Virus record (IMG/VR): IMGVR_UViG_3300023105_001655
Origin: an uncultured virus (IMG/VR IMGVR_UViG_3300023105_001655)
Lineage: Duplodnaviria; Heunggongvirae; Uroviricota; Caudoviricetes
Direction: 5' to 3' (one strand)
DNA: 64,000 nt
Part shown: piece after piece, positions 10,801 to 21,186 of the stretch
Layout of the letters: every line of letters begins with the position of its first letter
Position numbering within the stretch: position 1 is the stretch's first letter
Notes under the pieces: model-generated
Told to the model about the DNA's origin: nothing
The model's database searches: none
What the model saw: only the letters and a program-made list of their open reading frames with translations
Translations under genes and position numbers: made by a program

Positions 10801-11744
10801 ACTACTTCTTAGAAGATTATGTGTTACTAGGAAATCCTTATAAAGATATTGAAATGGTGTTCGATTCCACCAACGTTGGTGGATATGCAACAGACTATTT
10901 CTTGGAGGATTATGTACAGTTCCTTAATCAAGACCCAGAGAGAGGAACAGAACTATTCCAAATTAACGATGTAATTACCTCGTTGAATGTTGAGATTGAA
11001 GTCACGGGAGGCGCCAGTGCAGTAGATACTCTCTATGCTACTTCTGACGGCACAGCGCTTGGCGATCCCTACTTCTTCCAGCATGCCAATCCAGATGACG
11101 ATTATGTAAGAAGAACCCTTCCAAGTGGGGAGACGATTCTAATCGATGATTCGCTTGTTCTGTCTTTCGTATTCTTTAGAAATCCATCTGATTCTGTAGA
11201 GTTGGATGACACATCTATTCTCTTTGAAAGAGGAAGACTAGTAGATGATTCCGTTACGATGGAAGATGATGCGGTTGAACTTTTCAAAGAAAAATTACAA
11301 GAAAATAGAGTTGCTGTTATACAAGACTTGTCCATAGAATCGTTTGGAAAGAATTTGACAGATACTTTTGACGTAGATGATTCAACATCATTTGATATAA
11401 CCACCATCCAGTCCGATTCTCTAAGAGTTCTTCAAACAGTTTCTATAGAGGCTCAACCAACTTTATCTGACGCATTCTCTACTGCGGATACAATCGATGG
11501 ACTAAATATTGGAGTCATTCCAGCACAAACTTTCTCTGCTGGAGATTCGATAAACAACTTTGATATTACAACTTTATCGACTGACACCATTGGATTAAAT
11601 GATTTGACTGCATTTGAATCTACAAATACGAAGTCGGATATATTTAATGTTGATGATGAGGGTAGTCTCATATCACAATCATTCACAGTAGACTTAACAT
11701 ATTTTGCGGAAGATTATGTGGCGGATACTGTAGTAAACTTTTAA
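7881..11744 (+). CDS. gp7: Baseplate wedge initiator gp7-like, with N- and C-terminal extensions
   Basis: FYTAKGS...KYLFKVLYNE, RPSS..W, YQNFSYEIES...W...V...AHPIGFGLFG motifs; follows gp6. Confidence 0.8.
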   Translation: MSNHTVPTFKEYIKEIFVVTSGSGYSEPPTLIIPPPDRSNDEPVQAVAEVVVTGGSITEVNIIEDGDGYIEAPVPYVVGFPTDYSLISDPSTEIDAGTYIGIPTTTDSADGSGLTVNITVDEFGYSTFSTNDDGNALYREGDRITIDPIEMGGMEDDPEIIASIVKINNGSGATFSTEIDKVFKNYVYAQPKISPFVGEQIPEVLQEEFPLFKTLFEKYYEFMEQTNSIDNTKHGPLKVLQDFLSKLDVDFNDDGSINTDDNFIREFFHDYAKDFPLNQAAKLSRVIKDINSFYTAKGSVEATKYLFKVLYNENVSLRNSGQFVLRPSSNRWRQDYVVKVYEAQVPNVDDLQGKRIDIHYAVSEGAATNYYKKTTTVQRVKKISYTSPQVYELTLDLPATFDIVGPGVGQSGYDEQLLAYVSGEISTITGTGSNGSFENPSSSVVDGIYTVTDADYESYLDVEYTNNTVYEVGTYVKANSKIYVTVNEGTTDSVGTGPTHESGDELNGTSKFRFVSFDSHKTTDSSGGEFTVVISGNSVSNITVVDNGTNFQPNEIIEIPTTFFGGSGTPSVKFKVDQISSGKIDNVLILDGGTGFSANPSVTIRPNSLDTISSNAVIDTRLTDGTITSTVFVANQQGRGYNNRPDLAINVASILTYITLEGESGFFNIRAYPSRVLNSASFNSIAEGSSTTNGGFKVGQTFKISETGDILGVYAIDYFAEDYTLTGIDNKGYIKISKVDSNGYPSAFDIIAVGVGFFRADFQFNITSNTGNTCVIDLTTGFNALLAGVYEDAGSFLSDANRLFDNRIYQNFSYEIESERPQSEWNDYVRRAAHPIGFGLFGNLQIRQSVDLSGNFNVETDVYMFFKYPDIETVLISDEDVTRDFSKNDVIESIFPGDGFADRQNIASVVNKLDIHAVRSDGVGANSEFGPYTFQGTEVENFYATSDGSTLGDPYFFRYPNENDDYVERLQTGDYFLEDYVLLGNPYKDIEMVFDSTNVGGYATDYFLEDYVQFLNQDPERGTELFQINDVITSLNVEIEVTGGASAVDTLYATSDGTALGDPYFFQHANPDDDYVRRTLPSGETILIDDSLVLSFVFFRNPSDSVELDDTSILFERGRLVDDSVTMEDDAVELFKEKLQENRVAVIQDLSIESFGKNLTDTFDVDDSTSFDITTIQSDSLRVLQTVSIEAQPTLSDAFSTADTIDGLNIGVIPAQTFSAGDSINNFDITTLSTDTIGLNDLTAFESTNTKSDIFNVDDEGSLISQSFTVDLTYFAEDYVADTVVNF

Positions 11745-11751
11745 AAAGTTT

Positions 11752-11759
11752 TATAAATA
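11752..11759 (+). promoter_or_regulatory. Late promoter TATAAATA
   Basis: Exact consensus, intergenic, upstream of an AAGGAG SD. Confidence 0.85.
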
Positions 11760-11799
11760 AGTAAATCAAGGCAAAACAAAATCCCAAAGGAGAACAAAC

Positions 11800-12249
11800 A
11801 TGTTACAATCTAGTGCCTTTAATGCAAAGGGTAAACTCACTATCGAACAGTTCGATAAGGACGGAAACCTGATTCACACTCAAGACACAACCAACGTTGT
11901 TGTTGCTGATGGTCTTGACTATATCGCATCTCGTATGAAAGATGCAACCGCCACTGCTATGTCTCACATGGCTATTGGTTCAGACACCACTGCTGCCGCA
12001 TCTGGCGACACTGCTCTTGGTGGTGAACTTGGTCGGGTTACACTTACGTCCACCACAGTTACGAGTAATGCAGTAACCTATGTTGGAGATTTTCCTGCTG
12101 GCACTGGTACTGGTGCTGTTGTTGAAGCTGGTATCTTGAACAACTCTACTGGCGGTACTCTTCTTTGCCGGACGGTATTTTCAGTTGTGAATAAAGCAGC
12201 GGCGGATACGTTAAAAATTACTTGGACGCTGACCGTAAGCGACTCCTAA
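11800..12249 (+). CDS. Small beta-rich structural protein (baseplate/fibre-associated)
   Basis: N-x-VV..G, SHMAIGS...DTAL..E..R, EAGILN...GTLLCRTVF.VVNK pattern seen in phage tail/baseplate accessory proteins; own late promoter and strong SD. Confidence 0.7.
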   Translation: MLQSSAFNAKGKLTIEQFDKDGNLIHTQDTTNVVVADGLDYIASRMKDATATAMSHMAIGSDTTAAASGDTALGGELGRVTLTSTTVTSNAVTYVGDFPAGTGTGAVVEAGILNNSTGGTLLCRTVFSVVNKAAADTLKITWTLTVSDS

Positions 12250-12271
12250 TAATTAATTAGGAGTTTGCCTA

Positions 12272-13879
12272 ATGGCTATATTAATACGAGACCAAGCTAG
12301 GGTACAACAAGCTAGGTCGTTTTATAGAGATATCTACAACGGAAATGATAGATATTATCTAGCGGCCTCTCGTACTCAAACTTGGACAACAGATACATCA
12401 CCCGACACATCTTATGATAATCGGGTTGATATTTCTCAGTTTAGGCGTGACATTCTTTTTGTAAAGAAAGTCCAAAACGCCGATGTAGCCATGCTTGCTA
12501 GAAGAATAGATTGGGTAAGTGGCACGGTTTATGATAAGTATGACGATGCACTAAGTCCAGAAAATCTTAGTAATTCTGGTGCTGACAATCTACAAGATGC
12601 AAATTTTTATGTGCTTACAGATGATTATAATGTCTATAAGTGTATGGATAATAATTCCAACACTGCTAGTACAGTAAAACCAGATGGAACAGGTACAGAA
12701 ATATTTGAATCTATTGATGGTTATAAGTGGAAATTTATGTTTCAAATCGGTTCTTCCGACAGAACTAAATTTCTATCGGACAATTACATGCCAGTTAGAA
12801 AAGTATCTGGGTCTGGAGAACCATCATTTGATATCAATGGTGAGATAGATTCTATAACTATAAGCAATGGTGGAACTGGATATACTTCTTCTCCTATTGT
12901 TACCATACAGGGAGATGGTGTTGGTGCAGTAGCTACTGCAACCGTTTCTGGTGGTGCTGTTAGTGCAATAAATATTACCAATGGTGGGTATGGATATAGT
13001 TTTGCTGACGTTGTTCTAACCGGCGGTGGGTATACTACCATTGCAAGGGCTGATGCTAATTTGGGGTCAACAGAAAGTCCCACCTTGCAGACCGCTGTAG
13101 AAAGCACAGCAGTTGGTGGAACAATTGACAATATATTAATTACTGATCTTGGTTCTGATTATGTAAACGGAGATACTACTATTACCATCGAAGGAGATGG
13201 CGAAGGTGCCGATGCTTCTATTTTTATAAACTCAAACGGAAATGTAGAGTCTGTTTCTATTACGAATCCAGGCAGCGGATATACGAAAGCAAATGTTGTT
13301 TTAAATCAGGTTTCTGGCGGAGGTAGTGGAGCATCCTTCAGAATAATAATTTCTCCTTGGGCTGGTCACGGTGCAAATCCACAACAAGAATTGTTTGCTA
13401 GAAGAGTAGGTATTACCGTTTCATTTGATAATGATTCACAAGACTTAGTAACTGGCAATGATTACAGGCAGGTTGGTCTGTTAAAAAATATTTATCAGTA
13501 CGATACAACTACACTGTTTGCAGAAGCAACTGGTAGTTCTTGCTGGACTATTGGAACAAACGCCCCCACTAGTTATGAACCAGATGATATTATATCTACA
13601 GAAAGTAATGGGGAATTTGTTGTTACTCAAGTTAGAGACGGAAATACCGATGGTACAGATGATACCGTATATCTTTTGGAAACGGTTGCTGGAATATCAA
13701 ACTCTGATCTTCTCACAAATATTACTAAGGACATCTCTGGATTGACTATAAATAGTAATACTCTCACACAACCAGAAATAGATACTAGTTCTGGTGAATT
13801 ACTATACTTCGATAACAGAAAACCGATCACCAGAGATGAGGATCAAGTTGAAACCGTAAAATTAATTTTTACGTTCTAG
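12272..13879 (+). CDS. gp8: Baseplate wedge subunit gp8
   Basis: RIDWVSGTVYDKYDD, FYVLTDDYNVYKCMDNN, DGYKWKFMF, NDYRQVGLLKN, SGELLYFDNR.PITR..DQ.E.VKLIFTF. Confidence 0.92.
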   Translation: MAILIRDQARVQQARSFYRDIYNGNDRYYLAASRTQTWTTDTSPDTSYDNRVDISQFRRDILFVKKVQNADVAMLARRIDWVSGTVYDKYDDALSPENLSNSGADNLQDANFYVLTDDYNVYKCMDNNSNTASTVKPDGTGTEIFESIDGYKWKFMFQIGSSDRTKFLSDNYMPVRKVSGSGEPSFDINGEIDSITISNGGTGYTSSPIVTIQGDGVGAVATATVSGGAVSAINITNGGYGYSFADVVLTGGGYTTIARADANLGSTESPTLQTAVESTAVGGTIDNILITDLGSDYVNGDTTITIEGDGEGADASIFINSNGNVESVSITNPGSGYTKANVVLNQVSGGGSGASFRIIISPWAGHGANPQQELFARRVGITVSFDNDSQDLVTGNDYRQVGLLKNIYQYDTTTLFAEATGSSCWTIGTNAPTSYEPDDIISTESNGEFVVTQVRDGNTDGTDDTVYLLETVAGISNSDLLTNITKDISGLTINSNTLTQPEIDTSSGELLYFDNRKPITRDEDQVETVKLIFTF

Positions 13880-13888
13880 GGAAAAAAG

Positions 13889-16800
13889 ATGGCAATTAAT
13901 CTAAACGTATCTCCATATTATGACGATTTCGATCCGAATAAAAAATTCAATCGAGTTGTCTTTAAGCCTGGCGTTGCTGTTCAGGCTCGTGAACTTACAC
14001 AGATGCAAGATTATTTTTATGAAACCATAAAAGATTTTGCTGATTATGTATTTGTAGATGGTGCAGCTGTTCGTGGTTGCGAGGCAGAACCCCTAATTGT
14101 TGATTATGTGAAGATCAACGATACGGACTCAAACGGAAGTACGGTCTCAAATGATACTCTTGCAAATTATATTGGTGACAAACTTGTAGGTTCTACGACT
14201 GGTATAGAAGCGATTGTCTACGATGTAAAAACTGGCGTTCAAACAGAAGTTACCGACAAAAAAGTTATCTACCTTCAGTATGTGAAGGGGAACGAAGAAC
14301 TCAGGGGAGACGGTATCAATAAAAGATTTGATTCTGGAGAAACCCTTACTGTTGTAAGTACAAATTCTGATAGAAATGGTGATACATTTGTTGTAAATAC
14401 TGATACTGATTTAACCAGTTTCACAAACAACTTTTATGGTATGATCTTGGACTTCAGTATGCCAGAAGGCGTATTGTATGCACAAGGTCGTTTTATTAAA
14501 CACGAAACACAGAAAATTAGATTAGACCCATATACAGCAAAAGTCAACTACTTTCTGGGTGTAGTTCTAAACGAAGAAATTGTAACATCTGATGACGATG
14601 GCACTCTTCTTGATCCAGCTACTGGCGCATTTAATTATAATGCACCTGGCGCAGATAGAACAAAAATTACTACCACACTTACAAAGGTTCCTTTTGGTAG
14701 TGAATACGCTAATAGTACTTTCTACAAACTTGGTGACCATGTTGCTTACGAAGGAAATATTTACGAGGTTACTTCTGCTGGTACTTCTCCTTCTAGTGAT
14801 GGAGCTCCAGTACATCTTTCTGGTTCCGTAACAAGTGGTTCCGTAGAATTTACCTATTATGAATTTCCAGAAAATTTTACTTCTGTTTATAAAATTGTAA
14901 ACGGAAGACTTCAGAAAAAACTAAATGAAGAATTAAAAGAACTTTCTGAACTAGGAAAAACTTTAGCTAGAAGAACCAGTGAAGAATCTGGTGATTATGT
15001 TATTAATCCATTCACGTTAGAAATCATCGAACACCTTAGAACCGTAAGGGGCGTTACTTTTAACCTTAGCACTGATGAGTCTTTTGCTAGAGGAACATTT
15101 GTAAACCACAATGGAAATCTCTACGAGGTAGTCAATGGTAATGGCACCTCTGATCATACAATTCCACCAACCCACACCGAAGGCACTGCAACTTCTGGAA
15201 GTGTTGTTTTTCAATACCGTGGAGACTCCTATAGAATTGACAATGATGGATATCATTATGCAACCGATGCAACAGACCCAGGCGATCCAAACTTTGTAGT
15301 TGCTAAGGTATCCCCAGGCATTGCTTATGTTGACGGGTATCGCAGAGAGTTCATACAAAACAATTATGTCAAAATAAGAAAAGGAACGTCAACAAAAATT
15401 CAAGAAGCGTTAGATGTCTCTTTGTCTTATGGTAATTTTTTCGATTGTGTTGAAGTTGTTGGTAATTGGAACTTAGAACAAGGCGCTCAAGTACAACTTG
15501 GACACTATGGGGTTAGTCCGAACCTAAGTCCAGCTTACGCTGCTACTGGGGACGGTGATCCAAACAATTATGGCAGTGGTTCTTTTGGTTCTACTTCTGC
15601 TCCTGCCACCGTTCTCGGAACGTGTAGAGTTCGCAGTGTAAAACACATTGGTGGAACTATTGGAACAGCTAGTGCTGTACACCGAATTTTTGTTTATGAT
15701 GTAAAACTTCGTGGAGGTGATCTCAAAGATGCTAGAGTTCTTTTCTATAATGATCCCAACGGAAACAACGGTGTTGCCGATTTACTTCTCTATGATTTAA
15801 ACGGAGACGGATTAGGGGATTCTGCCTTCTTACAGGCATCGCAACAAAATAGAATGGTGTTCCCAGTATCTTGGATGGCAACTAAAACTCTATATGCTGC
15901 TGGTGCTGGTACTCTCGATACGCAGTATTATTACACCGAAGAATTTAATATTTCAACTCTCGGTGATGGAACTTTTGAGATTTCAACTTCTTCCTTGGGA
16001 TCAGAAGTAACCCTACCCTATTCTAGTTCTCCCACACAAGGAGAGTTGGACAATTCTTTCTATGTAGTTACCAAAAATGTTGTCACTATTAATGGCACTG
16101 CCTATTCGGCCGGACAACAGGTTAGACTCACTCCATCAATGGTAGTTGGACATACCACTCAACAGATGGACTTTGACCTTGGAACCGTAAGTGGAGCTGT
16201 TGATCTTTACATTCAAGTAAAATTGAAAGTGGTTGATGCTGAACCAGTTCAGAAAAACTACAATATTAATAGATACGTCAAAATTCGTACAAATGATAAT
16301 GCCGGTGGAGCTAATGGCCCGTGGGGTCTTGGTATTACAGATGTGAAGGAAATAGTATCGGTTTATATCACAGATTCAGATAACAATGCATATTTGGATG
16401 ATGACGATGATCCAGTTGATTTCAAAGACGAATTTGTTTTGGATAATGGCCAGCGAGATAGCTATTATGGCCACGCCCAATTAGTTAAAAAGGGCAGTTC
16501 AACTCTCAATACTACTAACAAGTATATTACAGTTAAATTAAGTCACTTTGTTCCAGACTATAGCAGTTCAAACGGAACATACTTTGCCGTTGATTCGTAT
16601 CCAGTAGATGATACTGGTTCTACTGGAATATACACATTTGAAATTCCATATTACAGATCACAAAAACTTGGTACTTATGATCTGCGAGACTGTATTGACT
16701 TTAGACCATATGTAAAAAATACTGCTGTTTCTGCGAGCATTCTTGCAGCTGCAACACAGAATCCATACAAGACAGAGGAACTAGAACTCCCAACAAACGG

Positions 16801-19800
16801 AATTCAGTACCCGATTACGTCTACTCCATTTACTACCGATGTTGAGTATTATCTGCCAAGAACAGATAGACTTTATATTAGTAAAAATGGAACGATGAAA
16901 ATAGTAGAGGGTGTTTCTGACATACCCTCTAGACCCCCCGTATTGAAAGAGGGGATGCAAATCGCTGAGATTAGGATTCCTCCATATCCATCTATAGCTA
17001 GAAATCTTGCTGTTAAGTTTGGAGTAGTAGAAAAATCTGTTGGTTTCTTCTTGAAGGGACAAACAAGAAGATATACAATGAAGGATATTGGTGCCATCGA
17101 AAAGAGAATTGGTAGGCTGGAATATTACCTAGCACTGTCTCTTATGGAAATGGCTGCAAAAGATAAGGTTATCCTAGACGCAAATAATAACGATAGATTT
17201 AAAAATGGTATATATGTAAACCCATTTGACAGTGATCTACTAAGTGATATCGCTGATCCAACTTACAATGCTGCTTACAACTCTATGAAAAAAGAGATGG
17301 CGCCAAACTTTGATGAGTCGGAAATATCCTTGATGTTGAATGCCAACTATGGAAATAGTGGTTGGTCTTATATGGGACAACATATCACACGACCATATGA
17401 AATAGCTGATCTTTTAGAAAACAGATTTGCCACAAAAACTAGAAATTGTGTTGGTGAACTATTGTTTAACTACACTGGTAAAATGGAGTTGTTCCCCAGA
17501 TCGGATAACTGGGCAGAAACATCAAACCTACAACCAATGAACTTGACTGCTAGTAACCAAGCTGGTGCTCAGGCGGTTGCAGCTAGTGTCAATGCATCAC
17601 AAAACATTGTTGGTTCTAGTACTACTTTTGAAATGGGTGCTGTTGTAAATACTGGTACTCCTTGTAACCCCTCACAACAATTCGTGCCAGGGGCAAGTAA
17701 CCAGACAACCAACACAGTTGACATCACTCAAGGGAATGACGGTTCATTCCAAGTCTCAGCTGATGCTCCCATAACTGGTGGATTCCCGCAAACAATGGTT
17801 CCTGTTGGTGGTGGAGGTATGTGGGAACAGGTTGGTGAGGGACAGATAGATGTTTCTATCTCTGGTGAGGTTAATGTAAATGGTAGTTATGACCAAATTG
17901 TAACTACACAAGACATTCAAGCTTCAACTACTAACTATTTGTTGAATGCTTCTGCTACATCTGCCGGTTCTCTTGAATTTAATATTGGTAATGTTGTTAG
18001 AGATGTAAGTCTACTTCCTTACATGAGAAACAAAAAAATTGGTGTTCGTGTTACAGCAATGAAACCAAACACCAGATTGTATGTTTACTTTGATAATGAT
18101 AATGTTACTGAGTTTTGTGCTCCCGCATATGTAGAAGATTATATTGACACTACAGACGAAACAGAATCGCTAAATAGTGGATTTGATAGTCTTACTTCGG
18201 TCTGGGCATCTGGGTCTCAGGGAGATGGTTCTGTATTTGAACAGTGTATATATCCACCAACTATCAGAACAGATATTATTACGAATGAAGGCGGAGATGC
18301 TGCCTTCATACTTGATTTGCCTGGCAATAGATTCCCAGTGGGAACCAGAAGAATCTGGGTAGTAGACGATCCTCAAAACAGAGATAACTTTATTACCACT
18401 CAAGCAGAAAATCAATACTCCGCTTTTGGTTTGCATCAAGCAACTCAAGAAGTTAGTTTGACTGCTGAAATTTATACAGTAGAGTATGGCACTACAGCCG
18501 TAGATGGTGGAACTTCTACTGTAGGTACTGTTGTTACTGATGTGAAAAACACCAATGCAGAAATAAATGTATCTATTGACGACCTAGAAGCTAACATCGA
18601 TGTTACTCAACCGCAATTTATTTTCCATCCACCTAGGCAGTTTGGTGATCCAATAGCTCAATCTTTCACTGTTGAGAATTCTCCTACGCCAGTTTTCTTG
18701 TCTCAGGTAAAAGTATTCTTTAGAGAAAGACCAGGCGAAAAAGATGGAGTAACTTTGCCAGAAACTCTTCTGTTTTCTGACGTATCGGCTACAGAACTCA
18801 AAATTGGCAGATCATATAAAATTGTAGAATCTGGAAACACCGATTGGGCTGATGTTGGAGCATCTAGTAGTGATGTGGGTACAATATTTACCGCAACTCA
18901 GGCTGGTACTGGTACTGGTGTTGTTCAGCCCACCATTGGCGGTATTACAATGGAAATAAGAAAGTGTCTGAACGGATATCCGACCAAAGAAATTTTAGGT
19001 ACATGTACTTTGTCGCATCAGGCAGTAAAAACTACACCAGATATTTCTGGTGGTAATGCAACCAATTTTGATTTTAGGGCGCAATACGCTACTACATTCT
19101 ATTTTGGAGATCAAACTTACGCCGTGGGAGTCACTGGTCAAAACAGTAACATCAATGGTAGACCAGTTGTATTAGACCCAACAGAAGAGTATGCATTTGT
19201 ACTGTTGCCACAAAACAACAACCCGAATTACAATATTTGGGTATCTAAGTTAGGCGAAAATAAGATTGGTACTCAATCGGATAGAGTTACCGCTGATGAA
19301 ACATACAGTGGTATGTTGTTTACTTCTTCTAACAACAGAACGTGGACACCACACCAAGGTGAAGACATCAAGTTTGTTATGTATGCTAATACTTTCCCCA
19401 CTGGTACTGGTACGGTAGAAGTTGTCAACGAACACGCAGAATTTGTGATCGGTGAAGAATTCACTGGAGGAAAACCAGACCCATCTAGGCCTGGAACTTG
19501 GTATAGTTTCAACCACACTATCAATGAAGGTGGTGTCAATTACGCAGTCGGAGATACCATAACTCTTGATACATCTAGAAACAGATGTCCAAAGGGTATC
19601 ATATTTGAGGTAACCGAGATTGACAGTGGTCTGGGTACTGGTGGTGGTGTTGTTACTGCTGTAAAACCGATACAGTATCACGATGGATCAAAAGACTCAT
19701 TTGAGGCGAAACCCTATACATTTGGTTCTACCGATGGATCAAACAATACTTTCATACAATCCACAACTAGTGGAGGCGGAGCTGGATTTGAAATAAATCT

Positions 19801-21169
19801 TTCAATCAAATCAATGAGAATGAAAAAGATTGATAATCAAAAAAATAGATACGATTTCATTTTACCAGAATCTACCAACTTGTTTGATGTAGATGATATT
19901 CTTGTTGACGGAGACACCACTTTGTTGCCAAGAGCAGATGAACTTTGGTGGTGTGATCAAGTGAATAGGAAGTCCATGTATATTCAACAGGCTGGACTCA
20001 AAAAGATTATTAATACATCTAGAACATCAATGACTGTAAAAGAGTTTATTGAAACCGATATAGCTATTGGCAGAGCCGTCACAAACTCCACTGGTACGAA
20101 TACTCGTGGAAATGAATTCGTAAACATGACACCAACTCTATTTACCGACACTTCCAGAGAAGCAGCTATTTACTCTTTGAGTGAAGAATTAGGATTTACT
20201 GGTACTGATATTTGGTCTAAGAAGAGTTATAGACATCATGTTGTTCTGACTAATACGAATCCAAATGTATCTCCAATTCTAAATCCTTCTAGATTTTCTG
20301 CTATTGTACGAGAAAACGTTATTAATAATACTTTTACTGATGAAGAAACTCCTTTGGGTGGTCAGGCTAAATCCAGATTTATCAGTAAGATAGTTAGACT
20401 CGCTGATGGTCAGGAAGCGGACGACATAAAACTTTCTGTTTCTCTGTTTACTCCGCCTGGGTCTAGTGCAAAAGTATACTTTAGAGGATTGCACCCACAT
20501 GATGATTCTGATATTAGGAGAGAATTAAATTGGATTGAAATGGAATATGATGAAGCAAATCCAAATGGAGCTCCTGCTGCAAAAACTTCATTTATTGATT
20601 TGGATTACAAACTTCCCAGTTCTGCTTTAAATGCTGAAGGAAAGTTTTCTTATAACACTGATAGGATTTCTGCTGTTACTATTACTAACAGCGGCAGTGG
20701 TTATGCTTCTATTCAAGAGGTTCCTCTTTTCATATCTGGGGGTGGTGATGTAGCAATAAAATCTTTGAGTTCTGGTGCAATAAATGAAGTGGAAATTGTA
20801 AACCCAGGCTCTGGATATAATGGCGTTGCTCCTACTATTCAAGTTGGATACGAACATGAACTTGCTGAGACGTATCAAACTGGTCAATTGGTTGCTTACG
20901 GTGGAAACACATATGAAGCAATTGTTGGAGGTATAACTGCTGCTGTGTCTGGTTCCGAACCTACTCATACCAGTGGTACTGCTACCGATGGTACTATTAC
21001 TTGGCAATATCGTGGTACACAGGCTACAATGACTGCAACAATAGATACAGCAGAATTTGTTCAATTCAAATATTTCCAGTGTAAGATCGTTTTCTGTGCA
21101 GAAAATACTTCTTTAGTGCCAAAAGCAAAACAACTTAGAATGATTGCTTGTCAGGCTGGTGCAGTGTAA
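13889..21169 (+). CDS. Large virion structural protein, VrlC/DUF4815-like (peripheral baseplate)
   Basis: NLNVSPYYDDFD..K.F.RV.FKPG.AVQARELTQMQ start; NYNAPGADR; RYTMKDIG.IEKRI..LEYY..LSL.E; DPIAQSF; WT..Q.EDIKF. Confidence 0.85.
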   Translation: MAINLNVSPYYDDFDPNKKFNRVVFKPGVAVQARELTQMQDYFYETIKDFADYVFVDGAAVRGCEAEPLIVDYVKINDTDSNGSTVSNDTLANYIGDKLVGSTTGIEAIVYDVKTGVQTEVTDKKVIYLQYVKGNEELRGDGINKRFDSGETLTVVSTNSDRNGDTFVVNTDTDLTSFTNNFYGMILDFSMPEGVLYAQGRFIKHETQKIRLDPYTAKVNYFLGVVLNEEIVTSDDDGTLLDPATGAFNYNAPGADRTKITTTLTKVPFGSEYANSTFYKLGDHVAYEGNIYEVTSAGTSPSSDGAPVHLSGSVTSGSVEFTYYEFPENFTSVYKIVNGRLQKKLNEELKELSELGKTLARRTSEESGDYVINPFTLEIIEHLRTVRGVTFNLSTDESFARGTFVNHNGNLYEVVNGNGTSDHTIPPTHTEGTATSGSVVFQYRGDSYRIDNDGYHYATDATDPGDPNFVVAKVSPGIAYVDGYRREFIQNNYVKIRKGTSTKIQEALDVSLSYGNFFDCVEVVGNWNLEQGAQVQLGHYGVSPNLSPAYAATGDGDPNNYGSGSFGSTSAPATVLGTCRVRSVKHIGGTIGTASAVHRIFVYDVKLRGGDLKDARVLFYNDPNGNNGVADLLLYDLNGDGLGDSAFLQASQQNRMVFPVSWMATKTLYAAGAGTLDTQYYYTEEFNISTLGDGTFEISTSSLGSEVTLPYSSSPTQGELDNSFYVVTKNVVTINGTAYSAGQQVRLTPSMVVGHTTQQMDFDLGTVSGAVDLYIQVKLKVVDAEPVQKNYNINRYVKIRTNDNAGGANGPWGLGITDVKEIVSVYITDSDNNAYLDDDDDPVDFKDEFVLDNGQRDSYYGHAQLVKKGSSTLNTTNKYITVKLSHFVPDYSSSNGTYFAVDSYPVDDTGSTGIYTFEIPYYRSQKLGTYDLRDCIDFRPYVKNTAVSASILAAATQNPYKTEELELPTNGIQYPITSTPFTTDVEYYLPRTDRLYISKNGTMKIVEGVSDIPSRPPVLKEGMQIAEIRIPPYPSIARNLAVKFGVVEKSVGFFLKGQTRRYTMKDIGAIEKRIGRLEYYLALSLMEMAAKDKVILDANNNDRFKNGIYVNPFDSDLLSDIADPTYNAAYNSMKKEMAPNFDESEISLMLNANYGNSGWSYMGQHITRPYEIADLLENRFATKTRNCVGELLFNYTGKMELFPRSDNWAETSNLQPMNLTASNQAGAQAVAASVNASQNIVGSSTTFEMGAVVNTGTPCNPSQQFVPGASNQTTNTVDITQGNDGSFQVSADAPITGGFPQTMVPVGGGGMWEQVGEGQIDVSISGEVNVNGSYDQIVTTQDIQASTTNYLLNASATSAGSLEFNIGNVVRDVSLLPYMRNKKIGVRVTAMKPNTRLYVYFDNDNVTEFCAPAYVEDYIDTTDETESLNSGFDSLTSVWASGSQGDGSVFEQCIYPPTIRTDIITNEGGDAAFILDLPGNRFPVGTRRIWVVDDPQNRDNFITTQAENQYSAFGLHQATQEVSLTAEIYTVEYGTTAVDGGTSTVGTVVTDVKNTNAEINVSIDDLEANIDVTQPQFIFHPPRQFGDPIAQSFTVENSPTPVFLSQVKVFFRERPGEKDGVTLPETLLFSDVSATELKIGRSYKIVESGNTDWADVGASSSDVGTIFTATQAGTGTGVVQPTIGGITMEIRKCLNGYPTKEILGTCTLSHQAVKTTPDISGGNATNFDFRAQYATTFYFGDQTYAVGVTGQNSNINGRPVVLDPTEEYAFVLLPQNNNPNYNIWVSKLGENKIGTQSDRVTADETYSGMLFTSSNNRTWTPHQGEDIKFVMYANTFPTGTGTVEVVNEHAEFVIGEEFTGGKPDPSRPGTWYSFNHTINEGGVNYAVGDTITLDTSRNRCPKGIIFEVTEIDSGLGTGGGVVTAVKPIQYHDGSKDSFEAKPYTFGSTDGSNNTFIQSTTSGGGAGFEINLSIKSMRMKKIDNQKNRYDFILPESTNLFDVDDILVDGDTTLLPRADELWWCDQVNRKSMYIQQAGLKKIINTSRTSMTVKEFIETDIAIGRAVTNSTGTNTRGNEFVNMTPTLFTDTSREAAIYSLSEELGFTGTDIWSKKSYRHHVVLTNTNPNVSPILNPSRFSAIVRENVINNTFTDEETPLGGQAKSRFISKIVRLADGQEADDIKLSVSLFTPPGSSAKVYFRGLHPHDDSDIRRELNWIEMEYDEANPNGAPAAKTSFIDLDYKLPSSALNAEGKFSYNTDRISAVTITNSGSGYASIQEVPLFISGGGDVAIKSLSSGAINEVEIVNPGSGYNGVAPTIQVGYEHELAETYQTGQLVAYGGNTYEAIVGGITAAVSGSEPTHTSGTATDGTITWQYRGTQATMTATIDTAEFVQFKYFQCKIVFCAENTSLVPKAKQLRMIACQAGAV

Positions 21170-21173
21170 TGAG

Positions 21174-21181
21174 TATAAATA
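21174..21181 (+). promoter_or_regulatory. Late promoter TATAAATA
   Basis: Exact consensus just after the DUF4815 stop, 5 nt before an in-frame ATG at 21187. Confidence 0.8.
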
Positions 21182-21186
21182 AGTCA

